A DNA stretch of 64,000 nt from positions 1-64,000 of IMG/VR virus record IMGVR_UViG_3300010883_000006; one strand, written 5' to 3'. Source of the DNA: a virus. Lineage: Duplodnaviria; Caudoviricetes. This document shows positions 45,162-55,540 of this stretch, piece by piece. Within the stretch, counting starts at the first letter, position 1; every line of letters begins with the position of its first letter. Both the position numbers and the translations under genes were made by a program. A model generated the notes under the pieces. That model saw only the letters and a list, made by a program, of their open reading frames with translations. It was not told the origin of the DNA and searched no databases.

Positions 45162-46802
45162 TTATAGTTCTTTCCATACCGTTACGTATCCGTTATACTC
45201 TGTTCCTGTTTTTATTTTCCAATCTTGTGGGTTAAATCCTGGTGGTGTCGCTAAACACAAACCATAAGGTTCATTTAAGTCATTTATATAGTTTAGTTGT
45301 ATTTCTCCAGAATAGTACCTTAAATCTATATTATTTGAATTTTCATATGTTTTATTTAATGTACCGTAAGTACTTTTTCCATCATAACGATAAAGTGCGT
45401 TTTGGTACGAAACCACGTCCGTAGTTGAGTATCCCACTCTTGCTGAATACATAGAATAATTATAGTTTTTGTTATTTGTCTCACCTAACCTCAAGTACAA
45501 CCCACCACAATAAGCTTGACATTCTGCCTCAGTACAAAACGATGGACTACTCTGGTTACTGGTAACGTAAGTTTCTGGTTCTGTACCTACTGGAACCATA
45601 TATGTTTGTAAATTTGTAAGATTTCCTGAATTAGCCGGGTAATTACCCTCACCACTATCCAAATAGTCTTGTATTGTCCTACAGTCTACCCCCTGATGAC
45701 ATATGTAGTACTCTAGTTGTGGGTTTTCGTCACTGTTACAACCACTCGGTGAATTATTGGATGGTACGTCAGTACAACATTCATAATCTACATTATCAGC
45801 ATTTAAACCAAAACTCATTGATTCGAAATAAGTAGAACCTCCACCATAATCAATATAATTTATATAGTTAATCGTATATGCGGTATATTGGTCATTGACC
45901 TCAGTTACTGTCCCAATAGAATTATCTGGTAAAGATATCTGACTACCAATAGGTGGTAAGTAATTAACACCATATTGAGCAAATAACTGCAATTGACTTG
46001 ATTCACTATATCCTGTAACTGGGAATGGTGTGTCAACATACCTTAACGATAAGTGGTCATACACATCTGGGTTACTATCTCCACTAAAAATGTAGTCTTG
46101 TTGGATATAGTCACAACCTATGGGGTCACCCATATTTGGGGGTGCGAATGTTATGGAACCAAATACGTTAGGTATTATTGGATTTTCATAATAAGGTGTT
46201 TTAATTACCTTTTTCATCCTAGTAGTTCCCCAAGGATTTGTTTGACTTAAAGTTACGGTGTTACCTGTTATGTTTGTAGTTAAGTAATTATGGCACACAT
46301 TTGTTTGTGATGAATTAAGGTAGTCTGGTGGTGAACCATCACCCCAATCAAGTTTGTAGTCTGAAAAAGTTAGGAATCTTTTTAATTCTATTTCTGAAGT
46401 ATTAAAAACACATATGGTTTGATTGTACCCAGTATAAACAAAATTATTTATTACGTCTCTTTGCATAATTAAACCATCCCATGGTGTATAAACACCTATA
46501 TCGTTAAAATCTTGTGTAAGTAAGATTGGTAACGTATACCCGGTTAAACATGGTGGTGGTGGTGGTAGCTCATTAAAAGGTGTTAAGGTACTACTCCATT
46601 TTTTACACCAAAAATCTTCTTTAATTGGTGCTTTCCAATAGTTACAAAAACCAGCATTATTAAAATAACAATTAGTACAATTTTGTGTTAAAGGGGCACC
46701 TCCTTGGTTTTGGTGGACATACCCATTAGGTAATGTAGGAGGTATAATTTCTTTACCTCCAGGGTAGAATTTTCTTCTTATTTTAAAATTATATTTTTCC
46801 AT
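45162..46802 (-). CDS. Structural protein with HiPIP-like insert, PKD-like DWGDG and CBM5/12-like tail
   Basis: CTNC..C..WCKKW; LDWGDGS..H.Y; YSARVGYSTTDVVSYQNALYR. Confidence 0.65.
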   Translation of the reverse strand: MEKYNFKIRRKFYPGGKEIIPPTLPNGYVHQNQGGAPLTQNCTNCYFNNAGFCNYWKAPIKEDFWCKKWSSTLTPFNELPPPPPCLTGYTLPILLTQDFNDIGVYTPWDGLIMQRDVINNFVYTGYNQTICVFNTSEIELKRFLTFSDYKLDWGDGSPPDYLNSSQTNVCHNYLTTNITGNTVTLSQTNPWGTTRMKKVIKTPYYENPIIPNVFGSITFAPPNMGDPIGCDYIQQDYIFSGDSNPDVYDHLSLRYVDTPFPVTGYSESSQLQLFAQYGVNYLPPIGSQISLPDNSIGTVTEVNDQYTAYTINYINYIDYGGGSTYFESMSFGLNADNVDYECCTDVPSNNSPSGCNSDENPQLEYYICHQGVDCRTIQDYLDSGEGNYPANSGNLTNLQTYMVPVGTEPETYVTSNQSSPSFCTEAECQAYCGGLYLRLGETNNKNYNYSMYSARVGYSTTDVVSYQNALYRYDGKSTYGTLNKTYENSNNIDLRYYSGEIQLNYINDLNEPYGLCLATPPGFNPQDWKIKTGTEYNGYVTVWKEL

Positions 46803-47788
46803 TATATATTATTATATTCATAGAACATTATTTCATTAGTCTCGTCCAATCCAACTCTAACACCTGAGTTATAATCATATACCTTATATGTGTAATTAAT
46901 TTTTTCTAACTCTACTCTATAGTATAATCTTTTCTCTCTATCAAAATTATATTCGTTAGGTAGTGTGGGTGGTGGTGTATTAATCATTCTATGTACCTTA
47001 CCCGTTCTACCATTGTAAAATTTACAAGACATAAAAAAAGTATTAATATTTAAAAATGTATTTTCTTTTAACCAATAAATGAAATAACCATCATTGTTGT
47101 CTAACATATCTAAATTAAATTTAGGTATTTGTATGAATTTTTCCCCATTTGGCCTACAATTATATATCCCATCCAATACCCCATCACAATTTAAATCAAA
47201 CGTAGGTCTACTTATTTTAACCCCATTTATAGGGTTAAGAATTATAGACAAATATAGTTTTTGGGTGTCCCTATTAACGGTATCATAAAAATCTAATTTA
47301 AAAAAACTTTTAACAAAATCTTTATTACTTTTATATAGTTCTGCTGGTGTATAATCCATAAAATCATAACCGTAATTAGTGTCGTCATATACTGGGGTTG
47401 TAATAGGCCAGTTTTCTGGTATACATGGTGCTACATCAGACATTCCACTTCCAGTTGGGGATGGCACTCCAATCCCTGTTGGGTAATTTAATATGTTGTT
47501 ACTCCAAATTACATTGTTAGGGTCTGTTTTATCCGCAAATACAAAATTATAGAATATGTTTGGGCTTGGGTCGTCGCATCCAACAAGATTATCGTCACCC
47601 AAACAATCACCATGACGATATTGTGTAGCCTCAAAATCTTTTGTTATATTAACTAGTTGAGCTACTTTTTCGTGCTCATATTCGTTAATTAGGTCTCCCC
47701 TTCCAGTCTCATCAAAACTAGTTTGGATAGGCACAATTATATTCCTATCTTTATCACTTATCTTTAGTCTTATCTTATTCACAGCCAT
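46802..47788 (-). CDS. Putative virion structural protein
   Basis: 328 aa; FVKSFFKLDFYDT; translationally coupled within the tail block. Confidence 0.65.
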   Translation of the reverse strand: MAVNKIRLKISDKDRNIIVPIQTSFDETGRGDLINEYEHEKVAQLVNITKDFEATQYRHGDCLGDDNLVGCDDPSPNIFYNFVFADKTDPNNVIWSNNILNYPTGIGVPSPTGSGMSDVAPCIPENWPITTPVYDDTNYGYDFMDYTPAELYKSNKDFVKSFFKLDFYDTVNRDTQKLYLSIILNPINGVKISRPTFDLNCDGVLDGIYNCRPNGEKFIQIPKFNLDMLDNNDGYFIYWLKENTFLNINTFFMSCKFYNGRTGKVHRMINTPPPTLPNEYNFDREKRLYYRVELEKINYTYKVYDYNSGVRVGLDETNEIMFYEYNNI

Positions 47789-49454
47789 CTACCACCATAT
47801 TTTCTATTGTCGAGTCTGAACTCGTTATAGCACTTAAAGGAATTCCGTCAGCTAGTACTTGTCTTTGTAGGACAAAAGTAATGTCTTTTTTAGGGTAGTG
47901 TGCGTTATTTAAAAACGGATAGTCTACCCCAACACCACCCTCTATAAAACCAATTTCATATAAATCCCTCCATTTCCAAGTTTTTTCGTCTGTAAAATAT
48001 GTAGAGTAATCCGGTACATCAACTACTTTATCTGGGTCTCCACTTTCTATGTAATTAGAAAATGACCTTATCTCCACTTCGTAATGTGGGGTGTACTGGA
48101 AACCTAAAGAATTTGAATTAAAAACCAGTGGGTTAAAATTCATGTGATGACGAATTTCACTAATCGTTCTTTCTTTTAATTCACTTTTATTGTACTCAGT
48201 AAAATTACCTCTTAATTTGTCTCCTGGTTTTAGTGGTATTCCACTTGTTAAATTATTTCCGAATAGTTGACTTATAGGCCCTGAAGGTTGTGGGTCTGTA
48301 ACAGTGTTTGTAGATAGTGAAGAATCAACAAAATCATATGGGAAATTCCAATCCCACCCATATTTTGGTGGGTAATCAAAATAACCTTTATTATTCCTTA
48401 AAAATACAGTTACATATAGTTTTGATAGAGGTCTTTGTAAGTAATCTTTGTATTGATTTACTTTAACATCTTTAGTGAAAGTGTAGACATATTGTGAGTA
48501 CGCATTTTTAGTTGAGGTTCTTTCAATGTAGTCTGGTGTGTTAGGTGCCTCTTCTAATTGTGAAACTTCATTAAAAACCCCTTCAGCAAACCCGCATTTG
48601 GTCATAACGTTATCATCTATTCTTGTAATAATTTCATTTTGTACCACAAAGTAAGTAGATATTGCATCTATATTATTTAACGCAGTTTGTCTTCTCAACG
48701 TACCTAAACTTCCTTCTGTAATTGGGTTTAGTACCGTCGCTGGAACAACTATACTAACCACATTTTTATCTGACCCCCTTGTACCATCACCTAAACTATA
48801 AACTGGAAACACCACACTATTATTAGGAAAATTATATATTGGATTTTTGATGTTTACTTGGATATACTCTCCTTTACTTATTCCGTGGTCTACAGGACAA
48901 TGAAGTTCTATTAAGTCTCTTCCGTTTACGTTTGTATTTTTAATAACAAAAGGGATTCCGTCGGAGGCCATAAAATTCATAGATATCCCACCATTTTCTG
49001 GTTGGAAGTACATCGGTTGGTTTTCTACACATTTTGATGGGTAACTTATATACACACCCCAATTAGTGGTGTGGGCAACACTTTCATCAACATCGTTTCT
49101 AATAAAATCAAATTCTTTTATCTGTGGGTACCCTACCCACCCTGTGACTGGACTAGCTGGTTCTCCGTTGGCACCTCTTAAATAAAATAAATCAAAAAAT
49201 AATGTTGAAGCGTTTGGGGGAGCAGTTCCAAAATAAGGGTTGTCTAATAGGGGTTCTATTTTACCATACACCCGATAAACATCTGAATCTTGCCTTTCTT
49301 TATTAAACCTTACTGCAATATCTAAAGGTACTGACCTATCACCCTCAATCAATGGTACCTGTGTAGATTCTAAAGTAATTTGTAAGGTATTATCATTATC
49401 TGAATTACCTTTAAATTGTTTACTACCTGGTATGATTTTTATGTTATTACTCAT
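47775..49454 (-). CDS. Putative virion structural protein
   Basis: 559 aa; coupled ORF; WKWRDLYEIGF..GVDYPFLNNAHY. Confidence 0.65.
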   Translation of the reverse strand: MSNNIKIIPGSKQFKGNSDNDNTLQITLESTQVPLIEGDRSVPLDIAVRFNKERQDSDVYRVYGKIEPLLDNPYFGTAPPNASTLFFDLFYLRGANGEPASPVTGWVGYPQIKEFDFIRNDVDESVAHTTNWGVYISYPSKCVENQPMYFQPENGGISMNFMASDGIPFVIKNTNVNGRDLIELHCPVDHGISKGEYIQVNIKNPIYNFPNNSVVFPVYSLGDGTRGSDKNVVSIVVPATVLNPITEGSLGTLRRQTALNNIDAISTYFVVQNEIITRIDDNVMTKCGFAEGVFNEVSQLEEAPNTPDYIERTSTKNAYSQYVYTFTKDVKVNQYKDYLQRPLSKLYVTVFLRNNKGYFDYPPKYGWDWNFPYDFVDSSLSTNTVTDPQPSGPISQLFGNNLTSGIPLKPGDKLRGNFTEYNKSELKERTISEIRHHMNFNPLVFNSNSLGFQYTPHYEVEIRSFSNYIESGDPDKVVDVPDYSTYFTDEKTWKWRDLYEIGFIEGGVGVDYPFLNNAHYPKKDITFVLQRQVLADGIPLSAITSSDSTIENMVVDGCE

Positions 49455-52400
49455 TACTTGCAGTTATATATTTGTTTAGGAAGATGTCATACGCTGTAGC
49501 CCCTTGTCTTAGACCAAAATAAAAGTACTGATGAGTACCTAATTTTATAATAGCAGTTGGATTTGGTGCTAAAACTGTTCCACTGTTATCTACAGTGTTA
49601 AGACCATTAGAGAAAACGTAACTCCCACTTGGTGTTTGAGGTACGGCTGTACTCCAATATACTGGTGCGGAAAGTGGGGATTGTAAACCATTATTTAATG
49701 GTCCTTGTGTTATAGTCCCTTGTTGATTACCTGTGGTTAGAATAGTTGGGAAAGGTCCTCCAGCGGACCAATCACTACTCCATGCACCATAAGGTAATGC
49801 CCCTTGTTTAACCCAAGGGTAATAAGCTTTGATTTGGGTTTGGTCAATACCTAAGTTACCACCTTGTAGACAATTTATCAGTTCCCCATCATTAACCACC
49901 AAATTTAGTGGTGTAGATACTGGGGTTACTAAACCAGAAAAAGTGGGTAGGCTGCTGTTGTACCTAGGGCTAGTAGGTGAAGGGAGATAAGGTTCTACAC
50001 CTAGTTGGTTGTTAGTTGCGATTACCACACTCATGTCACCATCTAATAACCTTGCTGGTCTTGCTCTAAAATACCCCATATTTGCTACATCAGGTGAACC
50101 CCACCTTCTGTTACCAGCATTAAATACCCAAGCTTTAGATGGGTCCCCATCCGCACCAAAAAACTTATTAATACCAGACCAAATAAAATTAGTGAAATTT
50201 TGTATTACTATTTTTTGTTCTATTAACCCACCCAAAACATATTCAGCTTTTTGATAACTGGAAGGTCGTAATTTATTTACAAAATAACAATCCTCTAACT
50301 TTTCATTACATAATTGGTTTGTACATTCATCTAGTGGGCCTAATTCAGTTATTGTTGTTGGGAAATTTATTCCTTGGTGGTCTCCAGATGATGCTCCATC
50401 ACCTGGTACTGATGGATTAGTAAGTTGAAATCCGGTACCTTCGGCAAATGGAGTACTTCTATAATAGAAAAACACATTACCTGACGGTGTTCCATCTTCT
50501 TCCAGTTCCACATGTCTATGGGTAGTTAAATCACAATAATCATCATTAGCACCACTAGGGTCCTTAACTCTTTGAAATTTAAAATGGTACAGGTTTCCGT
50601 TTATCCAGGAATTACTAAATTTCATATTAAATACTCCCTGGCACATACCATTATATATATTTTTCAGTACTCTCCATTGATTTAGAGTTACAAACATTTT
50701 CCATAGGTTGTCTATTATCAAACCAAATTCTACCGTTGCTAGTACACCGGCGGCTATATTAAGAGCAATAGTACCACCCCAAGGTACCCATGTAAACACA
50801 CCAATAGCAGCTATAGAAACGTAAAAAATAATCCAAACACCGTTTCTAAATTGTAATTTATAACAACCACGTGGCATATCATTATTTTTACCCCGCCAAT
50901 AATATGCGTTATCATTAAAACCACCCATAGAACAAAGTGGTACAGTGTCCGGGGAATCACTAGTATCCTCAGTTATTTTATTATCATCACCAGTAAATAA
51001 AGTTATTATGGGTATTTTAAATTCGAATTGGTCTTCTTCACAAGTACAAGGTTCACAATCTGGATACCTAATTAATTTTAACATTATTTTAAAGTTATTA
51101 ATTAACACATAAAATAATGGTGAATAAAAGAATATTATCATAATCGTTAAGGCAATAGCTGTAGCTAACCATGCTGCTAAGAATGATGCTCCCATGGCCG
51201 CAGCAATAACAGCATCCCATAACACCGGAACAATTGCAAATGCAGAAACAGACCAGGTAGAAGCGTTTGCACCTTGTAGACCCATATTGTACGCGTTCAT
51301 TAACATAGATAACGCATTAAACGCAACCAAAATACATGTTAACATTAAACTAATTTGGGTTATGATTAATTGTGCCTGAGTTATTCCAAATAAAAATGAC
51401 CCACCCCTAAAAACATCATTGGCTGGGTATTCTTTAGTAACGTCAGTACATCTATTTTCTGTAGGTGGATTAATCCCTTTAATTCCGATAAATCTCCATC
51501 TATTGTTTGCTCTTTTATTAGTCCCTGTAGAAGATACTGATGCGGTTTTTCTATAATTGTCAATAAAAGACGAAACTGTATATACTCTGTTTGGCCTAAA
51601 CTCATAAAAATAGTCCTCGGCATTAAATGCTGGTGTACTGTAATGGGGATTTGGTCCTGCCATTGGGTAGTCTTTGTAACTTGTACTAAAGGAATATGAG
51701 TTATTAAAATCAGGAGCTGTTGTGTACTCTCTTAAGTTTGGGACTAGGAAACTACCGTTTCTAATAGTAGAACCTTTATTGTCAAAACCAATTCTAAATC
51801 TATATTTTGCTCTTGTAGGTATCCCAAAGTTTGGGTTATCTGAAATAACTTGTACTCCGTATTCATTTGTAACTAAAAAGTCTAGGTTCATTGGTAGTTG
51901 TGTTACCCAAGCACCATTACCGTCTATAACTTTTCCACCGTTTTTTAGAGAAAATTTTTCTAGTTTCGGTGAGCAACCATCATCTTCAATTTCTATAGTT
52001 TCTCTAATTGTCTCGATTAAACCTGTACCTGTGGTTAAATTACATAGATTACCCATGTATTTACCAGGTAAACACTGACCATCGATATAGTTAGAGTCAT
52101 CATCTGTTATTATAGAACCCATAAATGTAGAGGATGGAACAATCTCTACCGCAGAGTCACGTAAATCAAAATCTACACGTGTGATTCCAACATTACATAA
52201 ATCATCATCACCCCAAAATGGTACCACCTCTAACGTTTTATTTTGTAAAATAATTTGTGGTAATGAATCTAAATTTTCTGAAGATTTAAATTCTAAAGCA
52301 CTAACAAATTCTTCTATTGGTTTTCCTTGATTGATAAAATCGTAAGGATGCATAGAGTAACAACCGATATCACTAACGTCCACTGAAGAGTGAATTGTTT

Positions 52401-52887
52401 GATTCCCTAATGGTACCCCCCAAATCATAAAATCACCACTTTCATTAGTTTTAGTGGTATATTTATAATACTTTTTATATACTTCTAGTAGGGTTGGGTT
52501 GTTTAATACTTCGTGAGGTAGTGGAAAGGTTCCCGTTGGTGTGTGGTTACAACTTTGTTTATCCTTAGGTAAAAGATTATATTTGTAACCTTCATCATCT
52601 TTATCTGTAACTTCTTTATAAGGGTAAAAGTCTCTAATGACTTCATCTTGTTCATCTTCTTCCGTTAAGGGTATAAAGATAGATACTTTTGCATTTGGCA
52701 CACCAAAACCTCCGTTTGCAAGTACTCTACCCACAACAACACCGTAGTCACCACACATTCGTGAGTACACGTCATCTTGTGTCATTTTTAAACTCAATAC
52801 CTCTAATAAGTCAAAATCTTGCTCTAACTTTAAGTGGATATTTTGTTCTTTTCCCGGCTGTGTTCTTATTCTTATAGATTTTGGCAT
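49447..52887 (-). CDS. Large baseplate-associated protein with internal hydrophobic helices
   Basis: GVVVGRV..GVPNAKVSIF prealbumin-like N-terminus; two long hydrophobic blocks; adjacent to the wedge gene. Confidence 0.65.
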   Translation of the reverse strand: MPKSIRIRTQPGKEQNIHLKLEQDFDLLEVLSLKMTQDDVYSRMCGDYGVVVGRVLANGGFGVPNAKVSIFIPLTEEDEQDEVIRDFYPYKEVTDKDDEGYKYNLLPKDKQSCNHTPTGTFPLPHEVLNNPTLLEVYKKYYKYTTKTNESGDFMIWGVPLGNQTIHSSVDVSDIGCYSMHPYDFINQGKPIEEFVSALEFKSSENLDSLPQIILQNKTLEVVPFWGDDDLCNVGITRVDFDLRDSAVEIVPSSTFMGSIITDDDSNYIDGQCLPGKYMGNLCNLTTGTGLIETIRETIEIEDDGCSPKLEKFSLKNGGKVIDGNGAWVTQLPMNLDFLVTNEYGVQVISDNPNFGIPTRAKYRFRIGFDNKGSTIRNGSFLVPNLREYTTAPDFNNSYSFSTSYKDYPMAGPNPHYSTPAFNAEDYFYEFRPNRVYTVSSFIDNYRKTASVSSTGTNKRANNRWRFIGIKGINPPTENRCTDVTKEYPANDVFRGGSFLFGITQAQLIITQISLMLTCILVAFNALSMLMNAYNMGLQGANASTWSVSAFAIVPVLWDAVIAAAMGASFLAAWLATAIALTIMIIFFYSPLFYVLINNFKIMLKLIRYPDCEPCTCEEDQFEFKIPIITLFTGDDNKITEDTSDSPDTVPLCSMGGFNDNAYYWRGKNNDMPRGCYKLQFRNGVWIIFYVSIAAIGVFTWVPWGGTIALNIAAGVLATVEFGLIIDNLWKMFVTLNQWRVLKNIYNGMCQGVFNMKFSNSWINGNLYHFKFQRVKDPSGANDDYCDLTTHRHVELEEDGTPSGNVFFYYRSTPFAEGTGFQLTNPSVPGDGASSGDHQGINFPTTITELGPLDECTNQLCNEKLEDCYFVNKLRPSSYQKAEYVLGGLIEQKIVIQNFTNFIWSGINKFFGADGDPSKAWVFNAGNRRWGSPDVANMGYFRARPARLLDGDMSVVIATNNQLGVEPYLPSPTSPRYNSSLPTFSGLVTPVSTPLNLVVNDGELINCLQGGNLGIDQTQIKAYYPWVKQGALPYGAWSSDWSAGGPFPTILTTGNQQGTITQGPLNNGLQSPLSAPVYWSTAVPQTPSGSYVFSNGLNTVDNSGTVLAPNPTAIIKLGTHQYFYFGLRQGATAYDIFLNKYITASNE

Positions 52888-52903
52888 TTCTCTCCTTTTA
52901 AAT

Positions 52904-52912
52904 TATAAATAT
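52904..52912 (-). promoter_or_regulatory. ATATTTATA putative phage promoter
   Basis: 16 nt upstream of ATG 52887. Confidence 0.6.
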
Positions 52913-52963
52913 TTAGGGTATTAAAACCAAAAATATCCAAAAAGTAATTTATGTAAATAAAAA

Positions 52964-54802
52964 TTAGGATATAGAAGTATGAGCATTACTCTTTATTCTT
53001 ATACTAACATCTTTTTCAGGGAACTGCACTTGAAAACTTTGGTTTGGTTGTGCAAATATTACCCCGTCAATTAGTTCTACCTGTCTAGTATCTGGATTAC
53101 TATACCTTTGTGATACTTGATTGTCTGAATATTGTCCACCTACTTTATTAACCACCCTTAAGTCTATAAGGTTTATTACCCCTTGTTGTGTAGAAATAAG
53201 TTTAGACAATTGACCTACATAACAGTTTTGACCCATTTCTTTTTTATTAGGTGAGAAAAATTCATCTACTTGTGATACTATATTTGTAACTATCTCTCCT
53301 TGATTGAAACTGGGGTCAGCCAATATGTCAACCTCTAAAGCTAAATCAACTACTTCTGCAGATTTTATAGTTATGTAATCATTCATCATCCTATAATCGG
53401 AGATATACTCAGCGATATTTGACATAAGAGAAGTGCTGACCTTAGAACTTAACTTACCAGAATCGGAATATGACAATAAATTAATTAATATTTTATTTTC
53501 TTCTTCTACAATACCAACTTTAGCTGGTGCACCAAAAACACCAGGCATAGTATCTATGATAGCTTTATAATCTGAAACTGTAACAGCTCTTTGTTGTGAC
53601 GCAAAATTAAAACTAACATAGTTTCTTATTTCTTCGACTGTTGGTTGGTTTGCACCACCTACGGCAGCAGTAATATTATTAACTTTTAAAGAATTTTTAA
53701 CTTGTTGGTTTATCCCATCAACTGGACCAGTAACAATAAATTCAAGTTGGCCTAATGAGGTTATCGAGTTAGGCCCTACGTTTGTTGCTGTACCACCACC
53801 TATCCTATATTGGATAAATAAAGTACTATTAGATTTTGCTGTCCTACCCAATGATAAATTATTTAAATATTTATTTAAATCCATAGCTAGACCTTGACTG
53901 GCAAAATCATCTAAGGAGTCTTGTCCAGATGAGGTTCCACCACCTAATGTTAAATGAAAGAAACCTTCTGGTGTGTATTCTGTGGTAAATCTATTATCAA
54001 CTTGTTTCCACTTACCCACTTTTAAACCTGGTGAATCACTATTTTTAGTTGGGTCTAGAGTAAACACTTTATCTTGTGCTAATGCATCTACTTCATACCA
54101 TTGACTTGGTGAATTTATAAATTCTGTAGATTTGGGTAGTGCTTGAATGTTGGTTCCGTCTTTCTCTATTACAGCTGTAACACCCAATATGTTTTTTTCA
54201 GGTAAGAACACTTTTAAAAAAGGTCTTACATCAGTATCTGTTAATACCCTTTTAAAAACTTTAGTTATACCATTTATAACAACTTCTCTCTTTGTCATAG
54301 TATAACTAACTATATTATTATTAGAATCGAAATTTGGTACCTTAGTACGGTTTGGGAAACCTGTTGCGTCAAATGGTGATGAAAAATCAACATCGTATCT
54401 GGTTTCAAAAACTTGTCCAGCCCCTTTAACTTGGGAGTTTCTTCTTAATAAACCAAGATAATTAAAGTTTTCTTTATCACCTAAAACTGGAACTACAATA
54501 GAAAAATCCGCAACAGACACTGATGGTCTATTTCCTGGTATTTTTAAACCATAAGTTCTTGCTATGTTATAAAGAGACGACCTTTGGTTTGCAAATTGTA
54601 GTACGGTTTCTTGTAAACTCCTATCAATGTGATAGTGTAGGTTATCTGCTACCGCAGCGTTTAAATCTAAAAAAACTGAGAATATAGAAGCGTCGTTTGT
54701 ATTTTTTATTAAGTCTGGATACTGTTGTTGGGTGTACCTTAATAATTCATTTCTAATACCAACAAAGTCTCTTTCTGTGTAGGATATTTTATTGTTAGCC
54801 AT
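52964..54802 (-). CDS. Baseplate wedge subunit (T4 gp6 / baseplate J-like)
   Basis: RDFVGIRNEL, LYNIARTYG, YRIGGG..TNVG, AVGGA....EEIR, QQRAVTVSDY. Confidence 0.85.
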   Translation of the reverse strand: MANNKISYTERDFVGIRNELLRYTQQQYPDLIKNTNDASIFSVFLDLNAAVADNLHYHIDRSLQETVLQFANQRSSLYNIARTYGLKIPGNRPSVSVADFSIVVPVLGDKENFNYLGLLRRNSQVKGAGQVFETRYDVDFSSPFDATGFPNRTKVPNFDSNNNIVSYTMTKREVVINGITKVFKRVLTDTDVRPFLKVFLPEKNILGVTAVIEKDGTNIQALPKSTEFINSPSQWYEVDALAQDKVFTLDPTKNSDSPGLKVGKWKQVDNRFTTEYTPEGFFHLTLGGGTSSGQDSLDDFASQGLAMDLNKYLNNLSLGRTAKSNSTLFIQYRIGGGTATNVGPNSITSLGQLEFIVTGPVDGINQQVKNSLKVNNITAAVGGANQPTVEEIRNYVSFNFASQQRAVTVSDYKAIIDTMPGVFGAPAKVGIVEEENKILINLLSYSDSGKLSSKVSTSLMSNIAEYISDYRMMNDYITIKSAEVVDLALEVDILADPSFNQGEIVTNIVSQVDEFFSPNKKEMGQNCYVGQLSKLISTQQGVINLIDLRVVNKVGGQYSDNQVSQRYSNPDTRQVELIDGVIFAQPNQSFQVQFPEKDVSIRIKSNAHTSIS

Positions 54803-54803
54803 A

Positions 54804-55262
54804 TTATATGTTTATTATTACGAAATCTCTAGTTTCGAAAGCTGAGTTAGTTATAGTATAATCTAATTTTACTACCGCAGTATGTTCTTTAGTTCCTTGA
54901 CCTGCTATCCTATAAACTCTAGGGTCGTTATCAGCAACTAACGTACCTGGAGTTTCTTCTGTTTCCATAGCACCAGAAATATCTATATTGGTTATCTTTA
55001 AGTTTGGTATGTATTTAGCTACTTGTTCCCTTATTTCTGAATCTATAGCGTTAAATGTTGGTGAGTCTAGTGGTTCAAAAATAAATTCATATAACCTTGT
55101 ACCAAAATCAGGTAAAAAATATCTACTACCTTTTCTAGTTAACAATAAATGTATTAAATCTGATTTAATTTCATCTTCTGGGGTTTCAGTTAATTCTAAA
55201 AAATACCCTAGTCTACTCTTTCTAAAAGGAAAATCAATTCCATATGTTCCGTTTTCTGGCAT
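54804..55262 (-). CDS. Baseplate gp25-like protein
   Basis: GIDFPF, IKSDLIHLLLTRKGSRYFLPDFGTRLYEFIFEP. Confidence 0.88.
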   Translation of the reverse strand: MPENGTYGIDFPFRKSRLGYFLELTETPEDEIKSDLIHLLLTRKGSRYFLPDFGTRLYEFIFEPLDSPTFNAIDSEIREQVAKYIPNLKITNIDISGAMETEETPGTLVADNDPRVYRIAGQGTKEHTAVVKLDYTITNSAFETRDFVIINI

Positions 55263-55275
55263 AACAAGTTTTATA

Positions 55276-55284
55276 TATAAATAT
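55276..55284 (-). promoter_or_regulatory. ATATTTATA putative phage promoter heading the baseplate operon
   Basis: 13 nt upstream of ATG 55262. Confidence 0.65.
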
Positions 55285-55318
55285 TAGATACTTCGAATCT
55301 AGTATACATATAAGTATT

Positions 55319-55540
55319 TTAAATGGAAATTTTAAGTAGGGAAGGGTTATATGAACATTCTTTGTAGTTTAAACCATAATTTATAATGATTTGAGTTATT
55401 ATTTCTTTTACTTCACTTTTTTGGGTTCTAGTTATTATTTCTAATTCTTTTCTTTGTAGTTTAATGTTTTCATATAGAAATTCATCCACAATATTGTGGA
55501 TATCATCTATTTTATAACCATATAAATCTAGTTTAGTCAT
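55319..55540 (-). CDS. Degenerate stand-alone Smr domain protein
   Basis: KLDLYG (canonical LDLHG), LEIIT, NPS..KI. Confidence 0.55.
   Translation of the reverse strand: MTKLDLYGYKIDDIHNIVDEFLYENIKLQRKELEIITRTQKSEVKEIITQIIINYGLNYKECSYNPSLLKISI

Noticed and set aside
19712-52887. Diversity-generating retroelement or invertase shuffling of tail adhesins
   Set aside because: No reverse transcriptase, recombinase or near-identical nucleotide repeat pair was seen; the shared modules are diverged at DNA level.
55283-55305. Hairpin TAGAT-N7-ATCTA as a terminator or ncRNA
   Set aside because: The stem is short and AT-rich with no clear U tract; too weak to call.
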